The position numbers and the translations under genes are program-made. A stretch of DNA of 35,599 nucleotides. Source: Trichomonas gallinae. Taxonomy: Eukaryota. The notes beneath the pieces are model-generated. The model had not been told where the DNA came from. It worked only from the letters and a program-made list of their open reading frames with translations, and made no database searches. Shown piece by piece: positions 8,364 through 17,949 of this stretch. Each line of letters begins with the position of its first letter. Position 1 is the first letter of the stretch. The DNA lies in the NCBI GenBank assembly GCA_008369845.1, contig MRSU01000492.1, positions 1-35,599 of the forward strand, in the 5' to 3' direction.

Positions 8364-9305
8364 TTAAAACTTACAAACAGTGAATGATAATAATTTTGGC
8401 TGATAATCAATTATTCCTAAATCTTCATCACGAATTTGTTCAAAACTGCCAGATGCAACAAGTATGAAGTCTTCTTTTGATATTTCTGCAATTGGTGTCG
8501 ATTTTTGTCCTACATCACCAACTTTATTGAGTTCTTTATCATATACAGCAGCAGGGCCTGATTCATTGCCTATAACAATATTGTTTCCAGCATAAGAAAT
8601 AGAAATGTATCGACTACTTTTTCGTGATGTTTTTAAAAAGCATAAAGGTACGACAGTATTCCTTGTGTCTATAACAGCAACATCATCTTCCAGCTTCGCT
8701 GAAGTAAGGACATAGTTTTCCACCCAGCAAATGTTGTCCACACCATGTCTGTGGAAATCTGTTTGAACAATTTGCGAAAAATTCCTAGAGTCTATAAAAT
8801 CGACTTTTCCGGTCGAAAAACCTGCTGCAACATATGATGAATTGGATGAAAGAGATAGAACAGAGCCTGGGCATTTGTATGCTGCAGTGGTGTTGCCTTG
8901 AATCATGTCGCAAGCGTAAATTGTTTTGGTCCCACCAGCGAGTATGTAATTTCCTAAAAATTCTAGACTTGCTATTGATGCTGGCTGATCGCCATTGTAT
9001 TGCACTCTGTACTGTGCTCTAATGTGACCGTCTAGCGAATCTATTAGTTCAACTGGACAAAAAGGACACACTGAAGCAAATGCACACGATGCTTTATCAT
9101 TTATATCCATTAATGGATACCATACTATATCTGTTATGTTCCTAGGAAATTTCTTTTCGAAAGGAGTATTTAATTTTCCGTTTTCGCAATTGTAAACTTG
9201 TAATTTTCTTTCATAAGAAGCTGACAGTAAACATTTCCCATCAGGTGACCACTGAGCTCTCCTTGGAAATTCAGCTCTATCTGTTGAAGAAATGAAATTT
9301 GCCAT
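8364..9305 (-). CDS. WRAP53: WD40 protein, WRAP53/TCAB1 (WDR79)-like
   Basis: FPRRAQWSPDGKCLLSAS...ITDIVWYPLM...FASVCPFCPVELIDSLDGHIRAQYR parallels the TCAB1 signature (W-[AS]-PDG-x-C; D-x-x-WY-x-x-M; PI-x-x-x-D-x-x-x-G-x-LRA-x-[FY]R). Confidence 0.75.
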   Translation of the reverse strand: MANFISSTDRAEFPRRAQWSPDGKCLLSASYERKLQVYNCENGKLNTPFEKKFPRNITDIVWYPLMDINDKASCAFASVCPFCPVELIDSLDGHIRAQYRVQYNGDQPASIASLEFLGNYILAGGTKTIYACDMIQGNTTAAYKCPGSVLSLSSNSSYVAAGFSTGKVDFIDSRNFSQIVQTDFHRHGVDNICWVENYVLTSAKLEDDVAVIDTRNTVVPLCFLKTSRKSSRYISISYAGNNIVIGNESGPAAVYDKELNKVGDVGQKSTPIAEISKEDFILVASGSFEQIRDEDLGIIDYQPKLLSFTVCKF

Positions 9306-9400
9306 TTTTAATTTTACATTTGACTTTTGTCAAAATCTGTCACGTAAATTATATTTTGACAAATATAAGCTTACAATTTACAAAGTCAAAAAATATATAT

Positions 9401-9483
9401 TGACAACAAAGATTTACAATAATCGTTGTCAAAAATATAATCTGACAAAATTGATTTACAATAATCGTTGTCAAAAAATATTG
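9401..9483. repeat. 42-bp tandem duplication in a 211-bp divergent promoter
   Basis: GATTTACAATAATCGTTGTCAAAAA at 9411-9435 and 9453-9477. Each unit carries inverted TGACAA...TTGTCA ends. Confidence 0.9.
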
Positions 9484-9516
9484 AATAAGTTTGTTTGATA
9501 TTTTTTCTTAATAACA

Positions 9517-10056
9517 ATGAATGATGAAATTGTTGAAATGTTAGAGAAGCAAGGATTCGAAATTCCCATTGAAGATCCACCAACAGACTATGTAGTAACA
9601 GTAAATCCATTCGGATCCGATAAAATGATTACTCCTGTTGATACGAAAGCTTTATATCAAATGTCGCGTGGTGATACTAATCCAAAATCACTGGATGACA
9701 AATACTGGAAGGCCAGGCTATTTTACGTCAACCAATTAAGGTCATTACAGAGAAGCGAATTAGTTGGTGAAGAAATCACAAATATTAGAGAAATAATAGC
9801 AAGCGGAAATATCGACAAAATCAACGAACTGATGCATGAGAGACATAAATGGGTAGAAAAAGCATATCTTTCAAGAAGAGATAAACCGATTTGCGCAGAC
9901 ATTTCCTGCTCACACTACGCGCTTCCTGGATCTAAATTCTGTATCAATCATATTTGCAACGATCCAGAACAAAAGTTATACGAAAAATGTCCAAAATGTG
10001 GTACTGTGAAGCCAAGGTGTGGTGCCTGCTGCTTCTGTCCTCATAATGATCAATAA
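9517..10056 (+). CDS. zf-C3Hc3H-type (KANSL2/INO80D-like) zinc-finger protein
   Basis: C-terminal CADISCSHYALPGSKFCINHI...CPKC...CGACCFCPH matches the C-x4-C-x3-ALP-x-S-x-[FY]C-x2-HI pattern. Confidence 0.7.
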   Translation: MNDEIVEMLEKQGFEIPIEDPPTDYVVTVNPFGSDKMITPVDTKALYQMSRGDTNPKSLDDKYWKARLFYVNQLRSLQRSELVGEEITNIREIIASGNIDKINELMHERHKWVEKAYLSRRDKPICADISCSHYALPGSKFCINHICNDPEQKLYEKCPKCGTVKPRCGACCFCPHNDQ

Positions 10057-10557
10057 ATGTCATAATAAATGTGTTTTAATCTCCAATAATAATTATCGAA
10101 ATTATTTTTATTAATTATAACCTCCACCATTCATTAAAAATGTTTTAATTCATCATATAGTTAATTCTGTGCGCTTATCATTTTAAAAAATGATAATGAT
10201 TCAAAATTGAAATCATCAAAAAACAAAATTATGGCAGTAAATTTACATTTTCAAAAAGATTCTAACTATATAAAGCAAAATATCAAATAACTATCCAATC
10301 ATAATTTTTAGATTTCAAATTTCATCTGAATCTTATGATAAAACATATGTTTTTCGCAAAATAAGCTTATCGTTAAATTTTATACAAACATATATAATGA
10401 AAACCATTGTTTTATAACCCAAAGCTCTAAAATTAAATTTGAAATTTAATTTTTCAATAGAGTTATTATAAAAAATAATTATATGATAGAATAAAAGAGA
10501 TTTCAATTAAATAATATTCAATCAACTTTAAATAATAGAAATATCACATAAAAAAAA

Positions 10558-12957
10558 CTATGCGCAAACTTTGTGCAACAGATTCTTCAAGTCTGGGTCA
10601 CTGTTGAGTGGGACAGCTTTGACAGCGTTTTGTAGCTGTGCCTTAAGCTCAGCCTTGTGCTTAGACGACACCAAGATCATCCTAGCAGATACATTTATCG
10701 GGCACCTTAGTCCGTGTTCAATCATTGCCAGTAGATGTGACGCGCAATTCAGATCATTGCATGCAGAAATCAAAACTGATGTACCGAATGGATCAGTGAA
10801 CGCTCTAGAAGCAATGCCGTCGAGCATATCTAGTGGAAGAGCAACACCATTCGCTGCCATAGCCGTAGCAGCGATGTAAGTCGCCTGTTTGAGTGTGTTG
10901 TTTGATGTGCCCATGAATGCTCTTATCATCTCTATTGGAATCTCTTGGAATTTTCCCAATCCGACTAAACATCTCAAAGCTGAGCAAGACATCATAGGAT
11001 CCTGTGTCTCCAGCTGCTTCTTGGCTATAGATACAACAGCAGGAATCTCGTCGTCGTTGCAGCCCTTTTGGCCGATGCATTCTAACGCGAGTTTGATATG
11101 TATTGGATTAATTGCTGTCGCCAAAACAGTTGTCGCGCATCCATTCTTGCAAGCGCAAACACTCAATGCTTCATCGAGCTTCACGTCACCTGTTGGAAGT
11201 TCATTAGCGATCTTCTTGGCGACTGATGGGTTGATTGTTAACTGTCTGAGTTCTTCGCCGGCCTTCGATGAAAGTCTCGTCTTCAAGAAAGGAACTAAGC
11301 CGCGCACGAAAAGCTCTGGATCCGAGTCTTTGTGTCTGTGTAGCATCAGCCAGCAGGCTTCTATCTGCTCGTCTGGGACTCCCTCGTTTTCCATCATAGA
11401 GACGAACTCTGGGAGATGCATGTTGGATGTGTTGAGAGCGTTCAGGTGGGTCTGGAGCTGCTGTGTGGCTAAATCTGTCTCTTCACCGCATGATTCTATG
11501 TATTTCATCAATCTCGCGTGATCTGTGCCTTCAAGGAAGATGTCGCCCTGCCTGAACGTGCGGACGATCTCAGCGAAGCTTGGCCTGTCGAATGGATCGC
11601 GAGCCCAGCATTTTTGCATTAATTGTACAAATGGCTGTGGTGCATTTCTTGGAATTGCTGGCCTTGCATCGTTCATTAAGACTTGGCCTATGATCTGTGT
11701 GGCTTCTAGGCCGCGGTAAGGTAGATCGTGCGTTAAAACTTCCCACATAACAATTGCATACGCGTAAACATCGACTTTAGAGTTATACTGGCCGGCGTTT
11801 TGATCGCTGGCGTTGACGTTAAGGAGCTCTGGAGCCATCCAATGTGGTGTTCCGATGTTCATTGTCATAACTTTATTTTCACATGATTCTTCTACTTGCT
11901 TTGAGAAGCCAAAGTCGCAGATTTTCGCGCGGTTGTCTTTGTCGATCAAAACGTTGAGTGTCTTAAGGTCTCTGTGGATGATTGAGCGAGAATGCAAAAA
12001 TCTCATGCCTCTTGCGATATCGAATAAAGCAATTGTCTGGTCTGTGAGATCAAGGCGATGGTTTTGGTGGATATCGTGATACAAAGAGCCTCCTGGCATC
12101 CATTCAGTGACAATTGAAAATGGAGCAGTATCTGTAGCACCGATGAAGCGAAGAATTGCTGGGTGGACAGCTGTAGCGAGAATGCCAAGTTCACGCTGGA
12201 AAGCTTGAAGCTTTTGTCCAGAAAGTTTCTTGAATTTCAATTTCTTGATAGCAACAGCTTCACCTGTTGGAACGTAAATTCCTGAGTAAACAATAGCCGA
12301 TACACCACTACCTATTTCTTCGTCAGCCCTCAGATCTGTATGTTTCAGCCTCCAAGATTGATAAATTACTGGAATTGGGGAGAAAACGGCAAGACCTGGT
12401 TGCATTGAATCCTGGTCTTTGTAATTAGCCAAGAACTGGTCAATACTGCTCAATCTCTCCACTACATAATCTTTTACAACTTTTTCTTGATTTGGTGCGC
12501 GCATGAACTGCTGGAATGATGCAGAAATGGCGCGTATATCTAGAAGATGCAGCTGAAGCCACTGTGGAGCGTTTGGATTGAAAAATTGTGCGCCGACTTG
12601 ATCCAAACAAGCAGTTCGTTCCTGAAGATTTGATGTAAGTGTGCATAAGTCTGTGGGGACGTCGGATGTTGGGTTTTCGAGGGCCGTTGACGCCCAAGTT
12701 TGAAGCATATTTTGTTTGAAAAGGTCCGTGATTTCCTTATAAGCGTCTGAGATTAAGTATTTGTATGTCTCGAACTGAATGCGATTTAATGGTGTCTCGT
12801 TTGCGACAGCTTTGAAGTGATCTACGAATTGTCGCAATTGACTGACTGCGAATTGGAACTTTCTGCGGTGGGCAACGGTTTGCTGGGCGAGAGTCTCCAA
12901 AGAAACGCACATGTTTTGAAGCTGGCCTGCAGCGGCTGCCAATGTTGCTTGTTGCAT
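10558..12957 (-). CDS. TKL-family protein kinase with helical (ARM-like) C-terminal region
   Basis: Intact motifs IGSGVSAIV, VAIKK, HRDLKTLN, ICDFG, GTPHWMAPE, KVDVYAY, CWARDPFDRPSF. Confidence 0.96.
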   Translation of the reverse strand: MQQATLAAAAGQLQNMCVSLETLAQQTVAHRRKFQFAVSQLRQFVDHFKAVANETPLNRIQFETYKYLISDAYKEITDLFKQNMLQTWASTALENPTSDVPTDLCTLTSNLQERTACLDQVGAQFFNPNAPQWLQLHLLDIRAISASFQQFMRAPNQEKVVKDYVVERLSSIDQFLANYKDQDSMQPGLAVFSPIPVIYQSWRLKHTDLRADEEIGSGVSAIVYSGIYVPTGEAVAIKKLKFKKLSGQKLQAFQRELGILATAVHPAILRFIGATDTAPFSIVTEWMPGGSLYHDIHQNHRLDLTDQTIALFDIARGMRFLHSRSIIHRDLKTLNVLIDKDNRAKICDFGFSKQVEESCENKVMTMNIGTPHWMAPELLNVNASDQNAGQYNSKVDVYAYAIVMWEVLTHDLPYRGLEATQIIGQVLMNDARPAIPRNAPQPFVQLMQKCWARDPFDRPSFAEIVRTFRQGDIFLEGTDHARLMKYIESCGEETDLATQQLQTHLNALNTSNMHLPEFVSMMENEGVPDEQIEACWLMLHRHKDSDPELFVRGLVPFLKTRLSSKAGEELRQLTINPSVAKKIANELPTGDVKLDEALSVCACKNGCATTVLATAINPIHIKLALECIGQKGCNDDEIPAVVSIAKKQLETQDPMMSCSALRCLVGLGKFQEIPIEMIRAFMGTSNNTLKQATYIAATAMAANGVALPLDMLDGIASRAFTDPFGTSVLISACNDLNCASHLLAMIEHGLRCPINVSARMILVSSKHKAELKAQLQNAVKAVPLNSDPDLKNLLHKVCA

Positions 12958-13230
12958 CGAGTCCGCTGAATGTCACGTTTTTTATTTATAAAAATCAGAA
13001 ATCTAAAAATATATCAAAGAATTGATTTTATTTTTTGATATGTTGTATAAAAACAAATTTAAATCTTTGATTAAATTTGCTTTATACATCAAGTAAAATT
13101 AATAAGGTTCTGATTTATCTGACATTTACGTGGCATATATGACATGTAAAATTATATAATAAAAATATAATATTATAAAATCACAGAATCATGCGATGAC
13201 AAAAGAAGCAAAAAAGCACTTAACAAAATC

Positions 13231-13687
13231 ATGTGTAGTAGCTTAGCTAATGATGTATTCAATGCAAACACAGATCTTCGAGATGATTATTTCAAAGTTG
13301 ATGAAGAGAATCGAAAGCTCAAAGAAGAACAATCGAATTCCAATACAGATTATAGATCAATCATTGATATTAACATCAACTGGAAGGCTAATAATGGCGA
13401 TACATGTCTGCACGGTGCAGCAAGAGGAAATCATGTCGCTGTCATTGAACATAGGATGTAGCTGGAATGGATTCACACCACTTCATTATGCTGTTGATGC
13501 AAATTGGTCCGAAAGTGTAGAATATCTCATAAAACATGGTGCTACACTCAATGAGAAAGACAACGATGGAAACACACCTTTATACATCGCAATATCTCAA
13601 AACTTAACTCGAATTCGCAACATCCTCATCAATTCAGGAGCTATATCATTCTCTTCTTTTTTTGTTTTATATGATTCTACACAATAA
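13231..13687 (+). pseudogene. Ankyrin-repeat gene with a frameshift/deletion
   Basis: One frame gives NGDTCLHGAARGNHVAVIEH. Near 13450-13460 the repeats continue in another frame: NGFTPLHYAV...EYLIKHGATLNEKDNDGNTPLYIA. No trichomonad intron signature at the junction. Confidence 0.8.
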
Positions 13688-14596
13688 ATCCTAATAGCAT
13701 CACTCCAATAAAAGGTTGTCATAAGTTTTTATATCAGTTGGAAACAGCTTGATGATCTTTACAATAATTTTTATCAATATAATTAAATTTATTATTTGGT
13801 TAATTGTAGTAATAATATATAATTATTGTCAATCATTATATTGACTAGATACTAGTATTACTGCTTATTATTTGAAATAATCTAAAATATCAAAGGAAAT
13901 CTTTAAATAAAAGAATTTGATGCATAATTATATCATAATTATCTTTTATTGAAACATGTGTATCAAAGCATAATCGCTAACATAGTATAATAATGAAATA
14001 TAAATAAAATCAAAAATATCAGTCAATAACTTTGTTTTGTTACTGATTAACTGCATTATATTAAGATTATGTTGATATACGCAGCCATAAATATGTATTA
14101 TTCAGTCGTAAGCTTTTTTTTTATTTGAAGATTTAAAAAATGCAAAAAAAATAGGTCAGAACTGGCTTATTATATAAACATTTTCAGCAAACGGAGTTCA
14201 TTATATGAGTTACTGATAGAAAGACAAAATATGAAATAAAATAACAAAAAAAAAATATGGTAAAACGTGAAATCAAGTTCCAAGCATAATTCACAAGGAC
14301 ACATAAATGGAAACAAAATATATTTTTGATGATTAAATATTTTGCTAACAAGCAAAAAACAATGTGAGCAATAGGCCATTCCCTATGATTTCTCCGCATT
14401 TATGTCTGATAAGTTTTTGTCATAAAATTATTTTTATGACTATTGTGTATTCATCGACAGTTTTTCGATAATTAAATGCGGTAATCTTTGTGGTTATGAT
14501 TGGAACTTGGATTTCTTCGATTGGTTAATTTCGATGGTATTAAAAAGTAAATTTTCTTTAACAAAACAAAATCAACATTTAAAACATCTACAACAT

Positions 14597-14791
14597 CTAA
14601 ATTAAAAGACAACACGATGATTTCTTTATGGAAGTTTGATCTTCTTTTGACTCTTTTGATTTAGCTTCTGATTTCGTGACGATGTCTTCTGAAACATCCG
14701 AATCTTCATCACTGTCAGCCATCACGTTGTACTGCGAGCGAACGCATCCATCGTATGGCTCTGTTTCGTGGTCATCCGATGGAGAGGTCAT
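14597..14791 (-). CDS. Small acidic protein ending in a CaaX prenylation motif (SSCCLLI)
   Basis: 64 aa, D/E/S/K-rich, C-terminus KKSSCCLLI, raised GC. Confidence 0.75.
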   Translation of the reverse strand: MTSPSDDHETEPYDGCVRSQYNVMADSDEDSDVSEDIVTKSEAKSKESKEDQTSIKKSSCCLLI

Positions 14792-15099
14792 TTACTGTTT
14801 TGAATAATAAAAATTTACAACGAGCAAATTTACAGAATTTTGGATTTTGGCGTAAATGGAGTTAATAAACAATACTATCGCTAAATTACCGAATTTGAAG
14901 CGTTTTTGTAAAAACTAATAAAAATATTTTTAGTTAAAAACATTTTATTTCTAGTTTTCAGCATTATTTTTTAAATAATTAAAAAAATAATCATGTCCAT
15001 TTTATTTTATTATTTATAAGCAATCTAAATATTCGAAAATATCCTGAAAATATTCAGTTTTCAAGACTTTTTGCTAAAAAATTCATCATTTTACTAGAA

Positions 15100-16422
15100 A
15101 TGAATGCATTGATTCATGTTTTTATTACTTTCGCTTTAATTTCTGGCATTGTTGCTGGTGGTATTTATCAGTTCATGATGCCACGTAATGATATATCACG
15201 GAAACAATCGATACAAATGCTTGGTTATACGAATGAAATTACATATGATGAATTCGTGAATAAAACACGCCAGAAGTTCACTACAAGTATTGGAAATAGA
15301 AAATATTTGGATTATCTCAATAGAGCTTTGTACACTGACGCTCAGATTCTTCAGCATTCAGATAACTTGAATTCCAATCTATATGGAAATCCACACTCTG
15401 AATCAAAGAGCTCAGAATTAGCCAATGATCTCATTGAGGATCTCAGAATTTCGATTCTCGAAATGTTTAATACTGATCTCGGTGAATATACATGCATTTT
15501 TACTCAATCGCGCATTGCTGCACTCAAACTCATCCCAGAAGCATTCCCATTTAACGAAAAATCGTTTTTCATGTATTCTTCTACATCAGATTCTGATATC
15601 ATCGGTTTAAGCTCTTTTGCACATAATAAGAAGACAAAAGTTACTTCTTTCAAACCATATGAACCATTACAAGCGATATTTTCAAAATTATCAAAGAATT
15701 CAAATAATATGGTTATTGCTCCTCTCGTTGATAAGTTTGATGGACGCGCTTTAGAGGATGAAGAAATAGACGAATTACTATCAGCTAAATCGCAAGGAAA
15801 CTATACTGTTGTCATTGCTGATGCATCACAATATTTACAAACAAATACAATCGATCTATCTATCAAGCGCTTTGATGCTGTTGTCTTCAGTTTCGACGCT
15901 CTTGTTGGTTTCCCAACATTAGGAGTCGTTATTATCAAGAATGAATTAATCAGATTTATGGAAAAACCATATTTCGGCGGTGGAACACTAGTATACGCCT
16001 TAACAACGCAGCCATTTGAAAAACTCCGCCTTAAACCAGCCCAAAGACTAGAAGACGGTTCTCTACCGTTTTTAACGATTGTCGCTGCACAAGATGCAAC
16101 GGACATCGTTAAAACACTCGGCAACTCGCGTTTGGAGTATGTGTCGCGCATGGGTGACCTCTTGAATGAATCTTTATCATCATTAGAGTGCGTTGATATA
16201 ATAGGAAGTCCTTCTTCTAATATAGTCGCATTCAAGATAAATTCATCGCGTCAGTTTTCATGTTTTGACGCATTCGAAAACGGATTTTCTGTTGACTGTG
16301 GGTGTTTAAGTGCTCCAGGAGCATGCCCTGATAATACAATTAGAGCATCCGTCGGCTGGCTTACTCTTGAACGCGATATAACCGAGTTTGCAGATTGGAT
16401 TAACCAATATTATTGTGTATAA
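15100..16422 (+). CDS. Molybdenum cofactor sulfurase-like (class V aminotransferase fold) protein with N-terminal membrane anchor, probably non-catalytic
   Basis: YLDY, LYGNPHS, YTCIFT...ALKLIPEAFPF, DASQY, KPYFGGGT, RLEDGSLPF, GCLSAPGAC, IRASVG. Hydrophobic residues ~4-24. TCATTTT initiator upstream. Confidence 0.85.
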   Translation: MNALIHVFITFALISGIVAGGIYQFMMPRNDISRKQSIQMLGYTNEITYDEFVNKTRQKFTTSIGNRKYLDYLNRALYTDAQILQHSDNLNSNLYGNPHSESKSSELANDLIEDLRISILEMFNTDLGEYTCIFTQSRIAALKLIPEAFPFNEKSFFMYSSTSDSDIIGLSSFAHNKKTKVTSFKPYEPLQAIFSKLSKNSNNMVIAPLVDKFDGRALEDEEIDELLSAKSQGNYTVVIADASQYLQTNTIDLSIKRFDAVVFSFDALVGFPTLGVVIIKNELIRFMEKPYFGGGTLVYALTTQPFEKLRLKPAQRLEDGSLPFLTIVAAQDATDIVKTLGNSRLEYVSRMGDLLNESLSSLECVDIIGSPSSNIVAFKINSSRQFSCFDAFENGFSVDCGCLSAPGACPDNTIRASVGWLTLERDITEFADWINQYYCV

Positions 16423-16755
16423 AGTAATTATATTTGTTTAATTTCATTCGGAACAAAAATTCACAAAATCAAAAAATAATCAAAATCAAATTCACACCAA
16501 AGTATGGGTTATTAGACCATAACAAACATAATTACAACAAAATTATCGATTTTTAATTTCATTCTCGTTAGTATTTATTTTTCAATTTTATTGCAAAATT
16601 TAAATATAACAAATGCAGATTTACCAAAATTATCGATTTTCGATTTTAGTTTTCGTCGTGATTTATTTTTCGATTTTCTTGCCAAAATTATATTTAACAA
16701 ATAGAAATATTTAGAAAGAAACCAGAAAATTTGATTTTTATTTCCATGCGTTGGG

Positions 16756-16945
16756 AAATTATTTTTCAGAAAAAATTCGTTACAAAAAATATTTATAGAC
16801 AATATAACAACAAACAAAATTTGCACAAATTCATTTTTGAGAAAAAATTCGTTACAAACATTATATATATATAAGACAATAACAAACAAAATTTGCAAAT
16901 AATTATATTTCAGAAAAAAATAATATTTTTAGACAACATAATAAG
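16756..16945. repeat. ~71-bp degenerate tandem repeat (2 full copies + 1 partial)
   Basis: AGAAAAAATTCGTTACAAA...AGACAAT...ACAAACAAAATTTGCA in ~16756-16826 and ~16827-16900, with a partial copy from 16901. Confidence 0.8.
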
Positions 16946-17190
16946 AAATAAAATTAACACAGAATCATATTTTAATGTAAATAACTTTTCAATGCTTTAC
17001 AAAATCTATATAAAAGTGACAATTTTTGAGAACAGAAAAAAATTCGGAAAAAATTGGTCTCGTTATAAATGTAATGATTTTTTGAGCACAAAATCATGAC
17101 GTATTTATGATGAAGGATATAAATATAACATAATAACTTCGAAATCATAAGAGAAATGAATTGAATGCTTATTGAAATGTGAATTAATTT

Positions 17191-17949
17191 ATGGAAGCGA
17201 CGAAAACAACACATACGTTCCAAGAACCGCTGGCACCCACCCGTGCCCGTTCTCGGAGCATTTGCCTCAGCATCAAGACCCTGAAGGTTACTGATGATTC
17301 AGTCTTACAAGACATTTCCAAACTTACTGGCATTGAAAACGTGACAGCTACATCCATTGTCAACGGAAGCTGGACACGCGAGGAGGACGAGAAAGTCATT
17401 GAATGGGTTAAAGTCCATGGTCCCACATCTTGGACAAAACTTGCCGAGACAATTCCGGGAAGAATCGGTAAGCAATGCCGCGAGCGCTGGCACAACAGCC
17501 TTGATCCAAACCTCGTCAAGACTTCTTGGACTCCAGAAGAAGATGAGACTATCATCAAATACCAGAAAGAGCTGGGCAATAAATGGGCGAAGATTGCAGA
17601 GTTCCTACCAGGCCGCACTGACAATGCAGTCAAGAACCGCTGGAATTCAGCCCTAAAGCGTCGCATAGCTGCTGGCGAGGTGTCAGTCAGTTCAAATACT
17701 GCACCAAAGGCTAAGGCCGTTGCCACACCACAGCCGGCAGCAGAAACAAAGAAGGTCGAGATCTTGGGTCCGATCCACGACCTTTCCTCCCTCCCAAGTG
17801 AGCCTCTTTCCCCGACAGAGCTTCACTTCACTTACCCTGCCAATGACTACGATAGTAGCTATGGGGATTTCCCAGAAACATTCTCCACTCAGGAGTATGA
17901 ATTTCAAGGTCTCCAGTCAGACCTCTTTGGGTTCCATTTCGACCTCTAA
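17191..17949 (+). CDS. R2R3 Myb-like DNA-binding protein
   Basis: [48 protein letters not shown] and [11 protein letters not shown]...[26 protein letters not shown], followed by an acidic/aromatic C-terminus. Confidence 0.97.
   Translation: MEATKTTHTFQEPLAPTRARSRSICLSIKTLKVTDDSVLQDISKLTGIENVTATSIVNGSWTREEDEKVIEWVKVHGPTSWTKLAETIPGRIGKQCRERWHNSLDPNLVKTSWTPEEDETIIKYQKELGNKWAKIAEFLPGRTDNAVKNRWNSALKRRIAAGEVSVSSNTAPKAKAVATPQPAAETKKVEILGPIHDLSSLPSEPLSPTELHFTYPANDYDSSYGDFPETFSTQEYEFQGLQSDLFGFHFDL

Noticed and set aside
9401..9483. Tandem repeats here and at 16756-16945 considered as CRISPR-like arrays or MITEs
   Set aside because: Only 2-3 copies, no unique spacers, no cas or transposase gene, and no clear target-site duplication.
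10571..12079. Long antisense ORFs over the kinase (likewise over the Myb, cyclase-like and CHD-like genes)
   Set aside because: Shadow ORFs caused by codon bias or low complexity on the coding strand.
14326..14409. TGATGA...CTGA spaced like a C/D box snoRNA
   Set aside because: No terminal stem and no clean rRNA complement next to the D box that I could identify. Such boxes arise by chance in AT-rich DNA.
14419..14440. 9-bp inverted repeat GTCATAAAA/TTTTATGAC
   Set aside because: Short, AT-rich, with no supporting context.
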